Numbered from the whole stretch's first letter, positions 12,470 to 25,509 are shown. The stretch is 60,122 bases of DNA, filler included, from Sphacelaria rigidula (GCA_964200075.2; 10 parts of 10 records of this genome joined end to end with filler, not necessarily neighbours in it); one strand, 5' to 3'. Notes: generated by a model not told the origin, from the letters alone. Program-made: numbers and translations.

Positions 12470-15400
12470 GTATACCTGGCCCAAGGAAAGTTCCGAGCAG
12501 CTTCCAGCAGCCTGGAGCAGGCTTTGAGCTGTAGCTTTCGGGTCGGCAAGAAGCCTGTGTTTCTTTTGGTGAAGGCCACGGTGTTAAGGGAGGAGGGGAA
12601 ACTGGAGGAGGCACTGGAAACCCTAGAGGAGGCGTTACGGTGCGGACAAGCAATATATTGAAGAAAACGCGATAGCCGGTATCTACGAAATTCTATCACT
12701 TCGTACAAAAAGGGTGAGAAGAGTGTGCTAAATGGAGGACTACAATCCAGTAATATTGGTCTTCAGCGGTATAGCATGCTCACTCACTTCAGCGAGTGTT
12801 TCAGTTTGTTTGTTTTTTGTCTCGGGTACATTACATTCATCATGCGGATAACGACCATGGCTAAATCCCTGAGGGGCCAGTGAAACTGCGACAATCAAGC
12901 AATCAATATATCAATAAACCGATCATATCATCATACATGACAAGGCTCAATACAGGGGGACTCCACGTAGGGGTGGTGGTGGTGTTGGATTTCTTCTAAA
13001 AAAAGCGGGGTCATGAGGGTGTCGAACGACCTGACGCACTCGGGATGGGACGTTTTACGTGAGAGTGATGCTGACGGTTGGGGTGCACAAATATTTTCTG
13101 AGGTTAGAATTTTTAGAAGCCCTTGAACTCATCCAAAATACGCCTTATGAAATTATGTGAGTGTACGCCAGGATTATTATTCCAGTGTGCTAGGAGCATC
13201 CCGAATGAAATTGCAAGCGGGGATGCCCTGACCCCTATTCTCGTGCATCTAGAATTGATAGGAGCCCCTGAACCAAGAAGGTTTTGCGCAAAAAGTGCAA
13301 CCCTACCGTAGCATTGCTCGTGAAACAGCACGTTTGGCGAGCGGTGTGAATATGTGCGTCATGTTGATACCGAGAGTATCCAAGTGGATATTTCTTTGCA
13401 CAACGACGTTTAGAAGTGAACGTCCGGAAGCAGCTTCCCCCCCCCCTCAACCGTAAGATCTCACTCTGCAGTAAAGTAGATGACTCCGATAAAGCTGGAG
13501 TCGGACAAACTAAACATGGAGTAGAAGCACCAAAGATCATGTTTACCGAGGCTGTGTCTTCGCAAATTATTTTCGAAAAACAAAATGAAAATAGAAAACG
13601 TGCGGGGACACACAGAAAACCGCTCTGATAGGTCGAGCTTTTCACTATCGTTATTTGCGTTGATTTCACGATCTATCAGGTCTGAATTTTCGCTTTCCAC
13701 CGCAATTATTCGATCGAAAAAATCATTTGCCAAGACATGGCATTAGGCAAACTCATACCATCGTCACGATGTTTTCCAAGTTGGGCCTCTCTACCCTCGG
13801 GAGCTATCACGTTCGACAATACCCCCCCCCCCCCCCCCCCCCCCGGGAGTTCGTGATCATGGCCTGTGCCATTGAACTACGTTCAGGGCGGCCTCCTTCC
13901 TCCGTGACCCTCGGGCTATACCGTTGACTACAGATTACCAGGTGTTCGTGACCGAGTCTCTGGGTCCGCGTCCGCGACGGCTGGTGCGGGGTCGGCATCG
14001 GCATCATTTACGGGCAGTGAAAACGCCGCTATATTTGTTGGTGCTATCGGCACCTTGTCAAAGGTACGTACGTATCATTTGGGTTATTTAATTACCATGC
14101 ACATATTTTTCCAAATATTACTCGGGTCTTGTGGCTCAGAGGTGAACAGGGATTGTTGCTCAGAGAACATCATCAGCGCACGACGGAGCCAGCCAAAATC
14201 ACTGGTAGCAGTAGGTGGTGTAGATAGAAAGGAATTGTACACTCCTCAGGTGATCTAAAAATGCACTACTCTTGGGTTCCTCCAAGGCTCCGTTGTGGAA
14301 CTGACGCCAACAAAAAGATATGTTTCTGGAGAGAGATTTCATGAAAATTATCTCCCTACCGACAGGATATTTTTGCCAATCAACGCAGTGCCTTTCTCTT
14401 CGAAAACAACGAAGTGAAACACACTCACATCGGCAGAGGACACCTGGACTCAACACCTTTTGTGAGCTCTATAATAGACGTATCTCAAACTCGAGGTTCC
14501 GTGTATCCTGCTAAGATTGTTCGGCCCGCAGTGTACATATTATCTTGCATATGGGTGGCAGGCTACAGTAGCTGATAATTTTCTGTGAAATATACCGGGC
14601 ATCTCGAGTTTGAGATAACTCAAATAGGGAGATCAATAAGTCGCAGTGCTGTTTGTCCTTCTTGCCCGGTGCTGCGCGACTGGCTTCAGTGTCAGAAGAG
14701 CAAACATACTACAGTGAACACGACTGTCGTCGTTCTCGCGTCCTGCGGCGAAATATGTCGAAGAGGCGATCGCCTTCCTCCTGTTTCTCGTCTCCACTAC
14801 CTTTTGCTGCCTGTTCGTCCCTTGATGACCCGGCCCATGCGTACTCAAACCTTGGTTGTGCGCAGCTCAAGAGGACAGCCGACGCAAAGGAGCTCGTGCG
14901 GGAAGCAAGGGCTCTCTTCCGTGGAACGTGAGCCCTTTCGTGTGCTCCAGGAACATCGGCGTTGCTGTTTCCCGACCCGTACGATGCTCTTCACCTACAA
15001 GTTCCTGCTCTGCTCTACCGTGCTCTCACGTGCCGTGTGCCGTCAATTTGTGCTACTGCGCTCACCCTTGTGTTTTTTTTGCCATCATAGCGCCAAATGT
15101 TTTCACCAACTCTCGTACGCGATGTGCATTCGTCCCGTGACGAAGCACTTCATCCCGTGACGAAGAACTTCATCCCGTGACGAAACACTTCATCCCGTGA
15201 CGAACAGGGATCCCACGTGTTCCCCGTGCGCGCGTGTCTAATGCCCGCAAATGATAGAATGGGGGGGAGGGGGGGGGGGGGGTGTTGTTACGGGAGTCTG
15301 TTGTGCTCGATCTCCACTCAGAATATAAGAGTCCACTCCGAAAAGATGAAAACAACAGCACTGGAGTTTGCCCACCGTGCATCTCATGTTTTCTACATCT

Positions 15401-16711
15401 CTTCATGATTTACTGTCTTACACGGACCTGCACTATGGGCATCTCGATTATCGTGCAGGCCGGGAAGACGTCCACTTGTGTGGTTCAGTGACCCATCCTT
15501 TGCGCTCAATGTCTGGAACTCAAAAATACAACTCAGAAGAGATTTTTTCCGCGCTTTACTCCACTACCCGACATGTCCTGAGCGTATTCTCCCGACACGT
15601 GTAAGTTGCAACGGTCGTACATCTACCCTCGTTATCTCTAGCTTTTTTTCTATTGGTTCAATCGAGGTTTAACCCCGCTGGAGGTCTCAACACGCGAAAC
15701 GTAGCTGCAGCAGCAGTGTTCCTCGAGGCTACATAGGTAGTCGCAGCAAATGCCGAGGCCCTACGCATCTCCTGTCCGAAGAGCAACCTTCCCTCGAGGC
15801 CACGCGCGCACTGTGCGTACAGGTATTTCGTTTTAGTCTATGCTTTGTGCTCGGTATGTCCCTACATATGGATGTTGATGCATCGCCCCGCTAGAGGCCA
15901 CATTAACTCCTCTAGACTAGAAGATAATGGGGACATCTGCTTGCTTTGTGCGTGCTGTATCGACACCTTTGTCCTGCAGGCCGGATGAGGTACAAATTGT
16001 GATCGCCAACAGCGAGCTAGCAATCGAAACGGGAGATTTCGACAAGGCCATCACTATTCTCCAAGACGTCCCGCCTCAATCCCCGGCCTACGCCAGGGTC
16101 CAGGTAGGTGATAATATGTGAGTATTACATGGGTGTTCGCTTTCAGGAACCGGGTCAAATCTGGCGAAATAGTGAATAAATATGTGCGACGGTGTAGGGC
16201 AACTCAAAGGCCTCATTCGATCAGGACAGAAAGGTGGTGAACAAACGGCAAGCAGCATCCGTGTGGTTTTCGCGGAGAATGTGGCTAACACCAGGATGTG
16301 TTCAGCAGTTGATTGCCTGCATCTGGGTACTCAATGATAACCGTGCACAAATCGCTTAAACAAGAAACAAATGTCGGGGGCAAAACTGATGTAAGGCGGT
16401 CTTACGTCCCGCGCAAGTGCCTACAACGTTTGTATATTTTGGCTTTTTCAAAGGGATGCAGCTGCTCGATATCAACTTTGTGGCATGTCTTGCGATCGGT
16501 GGCTCGAATGAGAGCTGCATTTTCCTGTCATTTTCAAACATCCTCCGACATCTTTTGGTGGCAACAGTCGGTGAAAGCCACGGTGTACCTGACACTTCGG
16601 AGGGACAAGAGAGCATATGCACAGTGCTATCGCGACATGGCCCAGGCCGACCCTTGCGCGGCGACGTACGTCCTGCTGGGGGAGGCCTACATGAGGATAC
16701 AAATGCCCGAG
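12470..16711 (+). CDS. TTC21B: Intraflagellar transport protein IFT139 / TTC21B (TPR protein), internal fragment, 5 exons: 12470-12639, 13934-14063, 14866-14927, 15980-16103, 16568-16711
   Basis: All exons are bounded by AG/GT with compatible phases (2,0,2,0). Spliced peptide: VYLAQGKFRAASSSLEQALSCSFRVGKKPVFLLVKATVLREEGKLEEALETLEEALR-LPGVRDRV...ENAAIFVGAIGTLSK-LKRTADAKELVREARALFRGT-PDEVQIVIANSELAIETGDFDKAITILQDVPPQSPAYARVQ-SVKATVYLTLRRDKRAYAQCYRDMAQADPCAATYVLLGEAYMRIQMPE. From memory this is collinear with the central TPR region of TTC21B (VYL..SLE..LS..F.V...P; EV.V.IAN..LA...GD...A..IL; YL..R.DK..Y..C.R; LLG.AYM.I..PE). Confidence 0.9.
13063..13319. mobile_element. ~257-bp MITE with GAG...CTC termini and 4-bp TSD (GTGA), inside an IFT139 intron
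   Basis: TIRs GAGTGATGCTGACGGTTGGGGTGCAC / GTGCAACCCTACCGTAGCATTGCTC, with GTGA on both flanks. The interior matches 53488-53743 in reverse orientation. Confidence 0.85.
15133..15205. repeat. 20-21-bp tandem repeat (TCCCGTGACGAA..ACTTCA) x3.5
   Basis: cccgtgacgaa occurs four times in series. Confidence 0.9.
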
Positions 16712-17149
16712 GTGAAAGTCAGTCATACTCCAATCCGCTCATACAATATCATGGGCGTATTCCTGAATACGAGGGATGACGAGTGCTTCGGGATAAGTAA
16801 TGCGTAGACAACACATTGAATGATAGATGATTTGATTGAGGGTCGCACACTAACTGATCCCCGAGGAGTCATGATCCAGACGTGGTCATTCTCCACAACA
16901 TAGATGTGCCCAAGGTGAGCAAAACGGAACCTCTCCCTGAAGAGAACTCGAGAAAGGCTCGAAAAAACCAAGACAAAAAGAAAATCCGGAGTAACTCAAG
17001 CAAAAATGAGAGACAAGAAGACAGAAAATAAAAAGTAAACTCGGAAAGGACGGAAAAGGATAGTAAAAAAGAATGAGAACTCGAGTAGCTGACTCCGATG
17101 AAAAGAATAAAGATGATGAAATAAAGCAAGAAAAGGGAGGAAAGGTAGG

Positions 17150-17310
17150 GGGGGGGGCAGACTCATTTGTTGCTTCCCTTAGCCGTTTGCCCATTGACCA
17201 CGAATTCCTTTCGAGACGGAGCACCGTTCCTACTCCTACTAGAGCCACCTTCAACATTCCGGCGCTCATTACGCTTCTTCCATACATTACACAAAATCTT
17301 TTTCATTTCT
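17150..17310. repeat. Dispersed G-run + ACTCATTTGTTGCT...CCATTGACCACG...AGACGGAGC family; copies ~37373-37450 and ~54000-54100, with the distal part also at 12047-12120
   Basis: Direct sequence similarity seen by eye across three contigs. Confidence 0.8.
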
Positions 17311-17589
17311 TATCCCCGTCCTGTTTCGCCGTCTCTGGCCACCAGCTACTTCCTAGTATAGTCATAAAAAGGGGGAGGGGGGAGGAAGCACAAGAAATGG
17401 CCGATCCCTGCAGCATGGGTCCAGGCAAACAGGCAGTATGATGAAAAAACAAATATCACCTATTATGGACGTGCTGCATACAGAAACCGTATCGCACGTA
17501 CTTTGTAGCGCGTTATTTTCGGGTCATATTCACACACTAAAACTGTAGTAGCACGTGATGAAGTGTCGAGTGAAGGACTCCACGCCACT

Positions 17590-17968
17590 CACTACGTAAG
17601 CTAGGCAACTAGATTACCGATGGTTTGGCGCGCTTGTGTTTGTTTTGCGGTAACCATGATGGTGGTCGAGCTCGATCATGTTGTGCGGGGTGGGAGAACC
17701 TCGATTCCGCGCAAAGGGGATGATCATACTAGGTTGTGTTTGAATGTTGAGAATTCCATGAGGCAGTGTGTAATCCGTTGCTGTACCTGGAAGTGACGAT
17801 GCCAGAAAACGAAGCAGCTCATTGAAGGCTGCCATCCAAATGCAAGATAATCGGTAGCCTTCGGGTCAAACAATCTTGCCAGGATGCAGCTCACCCTTCA
17901 TGCGACTCGCCGAACACACCACGGTGCTTCGCGCTTGGTGGTTTATTGGGAGCCTGGTCCGGCGAGAT
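17590..17968. repeat. Dispersed repeat family; other copies ~36276-36660 and ~38232-38445
   Basis: Shared blocks: actacgtaag, aaccatgatggtggt.gagct.gatcat, ccgcgcaaaggggatgatc, ctggaagtg, gctgccatccaaat, aggatg.agctcacc.ttcatgcg.ct, cacaccacgg.gcttc, agcctggtccg. Confidence 0.85.
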
Positions 17969-20224
17969 NNNNNNNNNNNNNNNNNNNNNNNNNNNNNNNN
18001 NNNNNNNNNNNNTTAATTAATTAANNNNNNNNNNNNNNNNNNNNNNNNNNNNNNNNNNNNNNNNNNNNATCCCGGGGAGCGGTTGATTCTCATTTCAAAA
18101 TACGTTCTCATTTTTCTGGCAACCCTGTTACCTTCGCAAACCGTACATTTCCGAGAAATATCTGTCCACTACCAGGTGGTAAAGTCGCCTCGATTTTGAG
18201 TATGATAGTAGATAACAGACAATTCTATATAATGCGGTTCATCAATGAAATGAGGTTCAAGCCCAAAACAGTACTTTCTCCACATTTTCAGCGATGGTGC
18301 CCGATGACTTTCTTGTCGAGCTAATGCCCCTCGTCCGACGTGTGGAAAAGTTGCCACTTTGACCTATCCATGTGAACGAAACATGGGAAACATGTACAGC
18401 AGGGTTTTCCCCAATTTATATATCCAAAGTCAACCGTTGAGCGACAGTGACTTCCAAGACTGGCTCTACCTTAGCCAATTCGTCATTCTTTACATGTTGG
18501 TTGCCTGAGAGTTGCTGCCTTACATGCCATGTGCTTCACGACGAGATCCCACTCGGGGATATTGGAGGCTTCAGTGGCCAGCTCTACTGTAGAATGCGTA
18601 TCAGGTCTCGTACAAGGCCTCGAGAAGCACGTCGGAACTGAGACTGTTTCAACTATGAATTCACCATTTATGGGAAAAATTGGAGTTCCAGGTATCTGCT
18701 GAATGGCGAGGTCAACACAAGAAAAAGTGAACATCGGATTCATCCACGGCTTCAGGCCTTCATTCGAGCGACGTATTTCCCAAGAAGCACCAGTCGACAA
18801 ATTGGGTGCGATTTCCTATTATAGGCTGGGATTTTCTTTTTGGGATATCATTCTCGACCGAACGCTGGAATAAATCTGGCGAAAATCCCGTTGTACACGT
18901 GATTCATACCATACGAATAACGGATGGGATGAAAAGGTTTTGAGGGGTGCGTTTTTTCTTGTTTTGGGGGTTTTGGACAAGGAAAGAGCGAAATGAAGAT
19001 TGCGTGCACTTGGTCCATGCCGTATGAACGGGAGGTAAAAAACGTGCACGGAGGATTCACGCCGCATGAATGAACAGTGGGAACATGTACATATCGTTCA
19101 TGCCACACTGAATACAGATGGGTAGAACGCACTTTGACGGTGTGCCGCATGCATGACACGCTGGAATATGTGCGTCGCATGTAGTGTCGCACGAATCACG
19201 AGCCAAAAATATGTATACGAATCGTATGATTGACTCGTGTAAAAGTTGAAAATGGGACGAACCACAATTATATTACTTTGGCTCTCGCAACTTGCAAGAA
19301 CTCGGCTACCACAACACTATGCAACAGCTCGGCCAAAATGTGCGGAAGGCTATCAAAACACCGGCTGACAAGCTCACCATACATCAAACACCTGCGCTAC
19401 AGGCTGCGCGAACAAGATGTGCGGCCCCTTTACGCTAGTCTGCATTTGGTCCACATGCAGCCAATTCTAACCGTTTTCTTCATCAAGCAAAATGGGCGAC
19501 ATCACGATCAAAATCACTCTACTCTATCTCCCCCGTGCGGGAACTTTTCCCCACAGCCACAATCCCATCTTTCCTACTCAACTACAAAAATTGGGTGAAC
19601 AGCACGAAATACACTGCACCGTTACTCGTGTAACCAACGGGATAGTGATGAACAACGCACCACTGAAAACGGCAAACATGGAACACGAAGTATTGTTGTA
19701 CATTGGTATTTCATGTACAAGTTATGAGACAAGAGATTTCGACAAAAAAACGATATTCAGATTGAAAAAGTAAAAAACAGCCCTCAGTGACACAAGGCAT
19801 GATTGGCGAATCGTCCATGCACTCAAACCACCGCACGGCTGACGCGTACAACTCGACAGAATTACTATGCGATGCATGAGCATAAAAAGCACAGCTCCAG
19901 GAGCATAACCAACGTCCCTTCAAGGCAACCTGAGACAGCGACCGCACTGCTCCGAATGAGCTCATTCATTTGAACGAAGAACAGCTAGACACACGAGTAG
20001 AACCAACTGCGGGCACCTTTTCCTCACCTCTAACTTGATCACATCACACAATTGCACAAATCGTGATTTCGACCCTCGAGATACAGCTGCACGATGTACG
20101 ACACCCGTTCATCTAGCGTTTCTCAAGCATCAGACGAGGAAAACCCAGCGCCTTCCCCCCCCTCAAAATACCCTCCTCAACAATTAACACCACGTGACTG
20201 CAACAAGCACAAAACCCATTGCCA

Positions 20225-22657
20225 TTAAACCAAGCTATATTTACCCTTTCGGATGGTACGGTGGCCGTTGGAACCTCCGGCACCAGCGCCTAGCGACCCA
20301 CTGACACTATCACCAACGCCATGACTCTCGAGAGCATCATCATCATCATCATCACCATCATCATCGGGCAGGCGAGACGCACCACCCTTGTACTGACCCC
20401 GTGACACCCCCACATCAAACACGTACACCCCCTTAGATGCATCGGGAGAAACGGGGTGACCGTCGCCGTTGCTGGCCACGACTTGGTCGCTAGCGAGTGA
20501 CCCCGCCGGCACGATCCTTCGGCGAGGGGATTCTTGATGAGGATGGGGGGGTGCTGGCGTAAGGTTATTGTCCCCGTCTGCATCATCCGAAACTACCACG
20601 CGTCCAAGGTAGCAAAAAGCAGCAGTGTTTCGAAGATTTAGGGATGGGGACCGGCGGGAGCAATGCAAAGAGCAGCAATCGAGCCAGTAGATGGTACAGG
20701 AGGTGAAAATGGTCGCTCGAAACGAAATAAAAGGGTTCATGGATGTAATCCACAACGACATATTTCCTTACGCGTATTTTGCGTGCGTAAAGCTGTCGCT
20801 GAATATCAACAGTCAACAACGTGCGCTCGTATCGTTTACTGTAACTGACGGTTGGAAATGCCACATGCACCCCCAGCACGCGGCAGCAAGTTCTTTAAAG
20901 GCCATTTTACTCCACCTTCACGCCGAACGAAAATAACCACAATGTGGACTTGCACGCCGTGAAGCAGCATGCTAACACTTTCCGCTTCCGTGAGGGTCAA
21001 ATCCACAAGAGAAGCCCGTTTGTGTCTTTTGCCGGGATCGGTACAAATATTAGCGTGGCGCTTTTCCTTTTATTCGTTTGCGGCCCAATATGTTTGGTCT
21101 CTTTTCCTTCCTTCATACCTCCACATTTCCGAGTTCCTTCCGTCAGTACTTTTCCAATTGAAAAGCCTTGGGTCCGTATGTCTTTTGTGTGACTGGGCAC
21201 GGCTGGATTTGTAGCACATCCGTTTACGTGCAGCAATCGATCAACAATTCAACCAGTGATACGTATGCTTGGTTTTTGTGGTGTATTCGCCTCGGTGTCT
21301 TCTTCCACTCAACTTCGTTCAATTCTGCACACGCATGCTTGGAGCGGAGCACAAGACGAAAGCACCGAGTCCTTTTATCGCTCCTCAAGAAGGAAAATTT
21401 GATTGATGCATTGACGCGTCAATATTTCGAGAGTGTTTGCACAAAAGGATTTCTATTTGTCTGACATATTTTACTCGCGGAACCCTTAAACCCGCAATCA
21501 TGGGGGACGAGTAGGACACGTCGATGTCCATCCACGGCGTTCGTACCATGACTGGAAAACTGACAAACGAAACATCCTCTTGCCCAAGAACTCTGCTTTT
21601 CGCTTGCTTGATTGAATATTATAATTATAATTGTCGCACAATGGTTCGCTACAGTACGAAATCAAGCCGCGGTCATTATATGGAAAGTGGACGTGCTCCA
21701 GGGGACCTATAAGGCAACGGAAACGATCGCTATCGCTAAAGGAAAGGCGACGGATGATGAGAGGATCGAATCTCGTAAAATGACATCAGTACATACGATA
21801 CGATTTGATTTCACAGGGATGTTTGACTTACTTACAAGGAAGATCGATGACTTGACATTTGCATGAAGACCGAAGAAGAAAGAGATTGTTCTTCTCTTGA
21901 TCTCGTCAACGCACGCCGGACATCATGCCATCGTCCGCATCAAGCTGAATAGACTTTATGTGTGTTCCCTAGTGTACAATACTTACGATACAGAACTTAC
22001 CAAGAAATACTGCTAGCTTTCGAAGAAAAAGGCAAGCACAGTGTATATACGTACAGTGATACATATATTTATAATTTCAATCTGATGAAAGCTGGGAAGC
22101 GGCTGTTGATTATTGCGAAGAGTCATCGGTGCTTGACCTGGGAACCACGAAATCTTTCGAATTTGGTGTAGTTGGGAACCACAAAATCTTTTTGGCGCTT
22201 GGATCGTGGGTTCCAATCTCGGTGCACTTACACGACCCGGGATGTTTTCTCACACCATGCCCAACAGTGGAGAGAGACCATGTCGTGGGTACACAAATTT
22301 CGACTCCACGGTCAACGAGGGAAAGGAACTGCTGAACTCCTCTGGCGATAGAAAATAGGGCGAGCACCGCAGAAGGAAGGTGCAGTACTGAAACAAATAA
22401 TAAAATAACTCTTGTGTTGTTCGCCTTCCTCCTATGTGACCCCGGCTCGTGCGCCCACATATACCGAAAGGTATAGGCCGGCGCCCAGAATACATGGGAT
22501 GACAACATAACACAAGACTAATCTCACCTGCTGGCGGGCCCTTAGCCACGACCTTGTACAATGTGACGCCCAGCACGGTGATACAGAAGCCCACGGCCGT
22601 AAGTCCGCTGAGATGTTCTCCCCTCAGCACGACAGAAAATGCCACCAATATCAGCTC
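20225..22657 (-). CDS. C-terminal two exons of a triose-phosphate/nucleotide-sugar transporter family (TPT/SLC35-like) protein: 22657-22528 and ~20577-20225
   Basis: Exon 22657-22528 (ttttacag|...G|gtgaga) encodes ELILVAFSVVLRGEHLSGLTAVGFCITVLGVTLYKVVAKGPPA, the typical last two TM helices of the family (E...S....GE.L....GF.I...GV.LY). A phase-1 acceptor at 20577 (or 20592) leads into an acidic, low-complexity tail ending ...RKGKYSLV-stop. Confidence 0.7.
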
Positions 22658-23191
22658 CTGTAAAAACGTTCAAACAGTGTACCCACAGTTGATTACTTAA
22701 GCAGCATGGCTTCGAACGATATTGGCTACATGAGAGTGAGAACTTTTTCATTTTCCTGATATTGTCCCAAGGGATGAGTGCTCGTGGTGCGGGCAAGACA
22801 CTTCACAAAAAACTCGTTTGCTGTCGTTGCTTCCAAACTTCGGACTGTTGTGTACGAACGCGACAAGTTGAACAGAGATGAAGGATCATGAGTCCATGAA
22901 CATCGGCTGCCATTTTGACTTCGAGTTTGCGCAGGTCCCGAAGGACATAACGTGTCACTTCGGTTCAGTTCACCACTTTGAGGCATTGCCGCGATGATAA
23001 TGTAGGCGCCATTTATGCCCGGCTTGCTGTCGCGGTTGCAGCGGGAGTCCTCAACGGTGCGAATCCGACACGCTGCCTCCGCGTGAAGGAGGGGAGCGGG
23101 GATGAATAAGGGACAGACACCTCGTTACCACCAACACCGCGCTATCGTGCGCCGGACGAGATTTCATGTAGTAGTCATACGAGGACCTTCG

Positions 23192-23194
23192 GTG

Positions 23195-23237
<43 letters not shown>

Positions 23238-23248
23238 GTGTGCGTGTG
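23192..23248. repeat. (GT)n microsatellite
   Basis: Direct reading. Confidence 0.95.
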
Positions 23249-24106
23249 GGGGGGGGGGCACTTTTGGGCGTAGATAACTTCACGCGGTAGATTGTGGCAT
23301 TTTTGGCAGGGCTTTTTGTGCATAGGGAGAAATTACTCGGAATCGTATCAGCAAAATGAAGCATATCATGAATACCGCGGGAGAGATGGGTTGATCCCTT
23401 GAGACCAGTACACCACGGGCTCGTCCGGCGGCCAATGGTCCCACCCGTACCCGCAGTCACTTCCGGCGGAAGGTCGGGACGTCGAATCACGAAATATAGG
23501 GCTGTTTTCAGCAAACATTTACTCAAGAGCGTCAGGATGCAGCAAGCGACCCATCTCTCCCCGGTGCGGGAACGCTGGTCCAATCCTCGTTGACAAATAT
23601 TTGGGATGTACCGGTGGGGCTTTATCCCTCCGAACGACGAACTTATCCCGAGGAATTGAGGGGCTAGACGTATGATGGGAGTATCTTACAGTATATATAC
23701 ATATATACCAATGCCTATACACGTAGATTTCTGGGTCAGTGTGACGACAAAAAAAAATGGTCGCTGGCTTAATCGATCGGGTGAATGACACTGGAATATT
23801 AACATGATAACTCATCCGCTATGAAATCTAGTCTGTGATCACAACATGGACGTGCCCGAGGGTGAATAAACAAAGACATCCTCAAGGAAGTTTGGGTAAC
23901 TGAGCAGAGGGATAAAAGCGAAAAACAAAAAAGAGTCACAGAGAACGGCGATAACAAGAAACATGGACTTCGAACGTGGCAAGGGGGGGGNNNNNNNNNN
24001 NNNNNNNNNNNNNNNNNNNNNNNNNNNNNNNNNNTTAATTAATTAANNNNNNNNNNNNNNNNNNNNNNNNNNNNNNNNNNNNNNNNNNNNTTTGTGCGAA
24101 ACCTCA

Positions 24107-24565
24107 CGGAGCGGAGCGGAGCGGGGCGGAGCGGGGCGGAGCGGGGCGGAGCGGGGCGGAGCGGGGCGGAGCGGGGCGGAGCGGGGCGGATATCCGTATG
24201 TGTGGAAAATCACGGATTACGACGGTGCGGATATCCGCCACTGAAAATGTCACGGATTATTGCGGAGCGGATATCCGCCAACGAAAATGTCACGGTGCGG
24301 TACGGATTTTGTTTATATCGTACGGAGCGGATATCCGTCAGTGGGAAAAGTCACGAATTTTCACGGGGCGAATATCCGCCAATGAAAATGTCACAGATTA
24401 TTGCGGAGCGGATATCCGTGGCATGGATTTTTTCACGGAGCGGATTGCCCCCCTCCGCGAAACAATCCGCACAAACCGCGGGAATTCCCTGCGGTGCACC
24501 GTCGCAGTAATCCGTGAAACCGATACGGGTATCCGCGAAAAATGTATGGATATCCGCGGATTACT
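24107..24565. repeat. (GGAGCGGGGC)n minisatellite followed by an element with reiterated GCGGATATCCG / AAAATGTCACGG motifs
   Basis: About seven 10-bp units at 24117-24190. gcggatatccg-like palindromic motifs at ~24187, 24227, 24267, 24327, 24407 and 24548. Confidence 0.8.
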
Positions 24566-25509
24566 ACCAAAAAGTACGAAAGTAGTTGTTTTGCTTTGAC
24601 TTCCAGCTGCTGGACAGGGGGGACGGGGGGTTCAATAGCGCACATGTAAGGTCGAATCCCTTTAAGAAAAAAAACAATCAATAGAGAATAATGAACAGTA
24701 CACATTTGAATTTTGAATGTCACTCTACAGGACAAGGTGACGGGGGGCGGGGTGGCAGACGCGCAACAGCAGCAGCGCTAGACCCAGGACTGCGGCAACC
24801 CACCACAACAAGGAGCATGGAATACATTCCTCAAGAATGACGTCAGTAGCAGGACATTAGTTTCCGTCTGAAGTTTTGACAATTCGAAGTTTCTGTTGTG
24901 GGCTGTTCAGACGGAAAACGTACTTTTTCAGGTACGCAGGTGTGGACTTTTGCCTCGTCAAAGCACACACGGATGAACACAATCACGTAGCTCTACGCTG
25001 GCAGCCTAACGCCAACGCCAAAACTCCGTCCCACGACAGAGTGTCTGTGTTGGAATTTCTTCCTTAGCTGAGACATGGCATGTGAAATTGAGTCGTCATG
25101 ACTTCTGCGAAAGTTCAGAAGTTCCCGAAAGTTCTGGACGAATCAGACGAAAAATCTGAGATTTTGCATGTTTGCCGGTGTTTACTGAGTGACGTGTTTC
25201 TTCAGTTATGCAGAGGTGTGGCTGACGTTTTTGACTTTTCACAGCACACACGAAAATAACTCGTGTAGCTTCACGCTGGTAGCCTGACTCCAACGCAAAA
25301 ACTCGGTACGGCGGCAACGGGTATGTGTTGGAAAGACTTTTTTCGCTGACCTCGTGCAAGGAGGAGTCGGGCGGTGGTGGAGCGCGCGGGCTGAGAGAGG
25401 TAACGCTTAACATACTGATCTGAGAGGGGGGCGAGTTTCCCCGCTGCGCTGTGAGCGACCTAGAACTAAAGATCAGAATAATCGTGATATTAGTTACCTC
25501 TAGGTGTTT

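Noticed and set aside
15133..15205. Short direct repeats that might be taken for a CRISPR array
   Set aside because: The units are contiguous with no unique spacers, there are no cas genes, and the context is a eukaryotic intron.
18069..18850. Coding-like minus-strand fragments, possibly a transposase relic
   Set aside because: Many stops in all frames and no recognisable catalytic motif.
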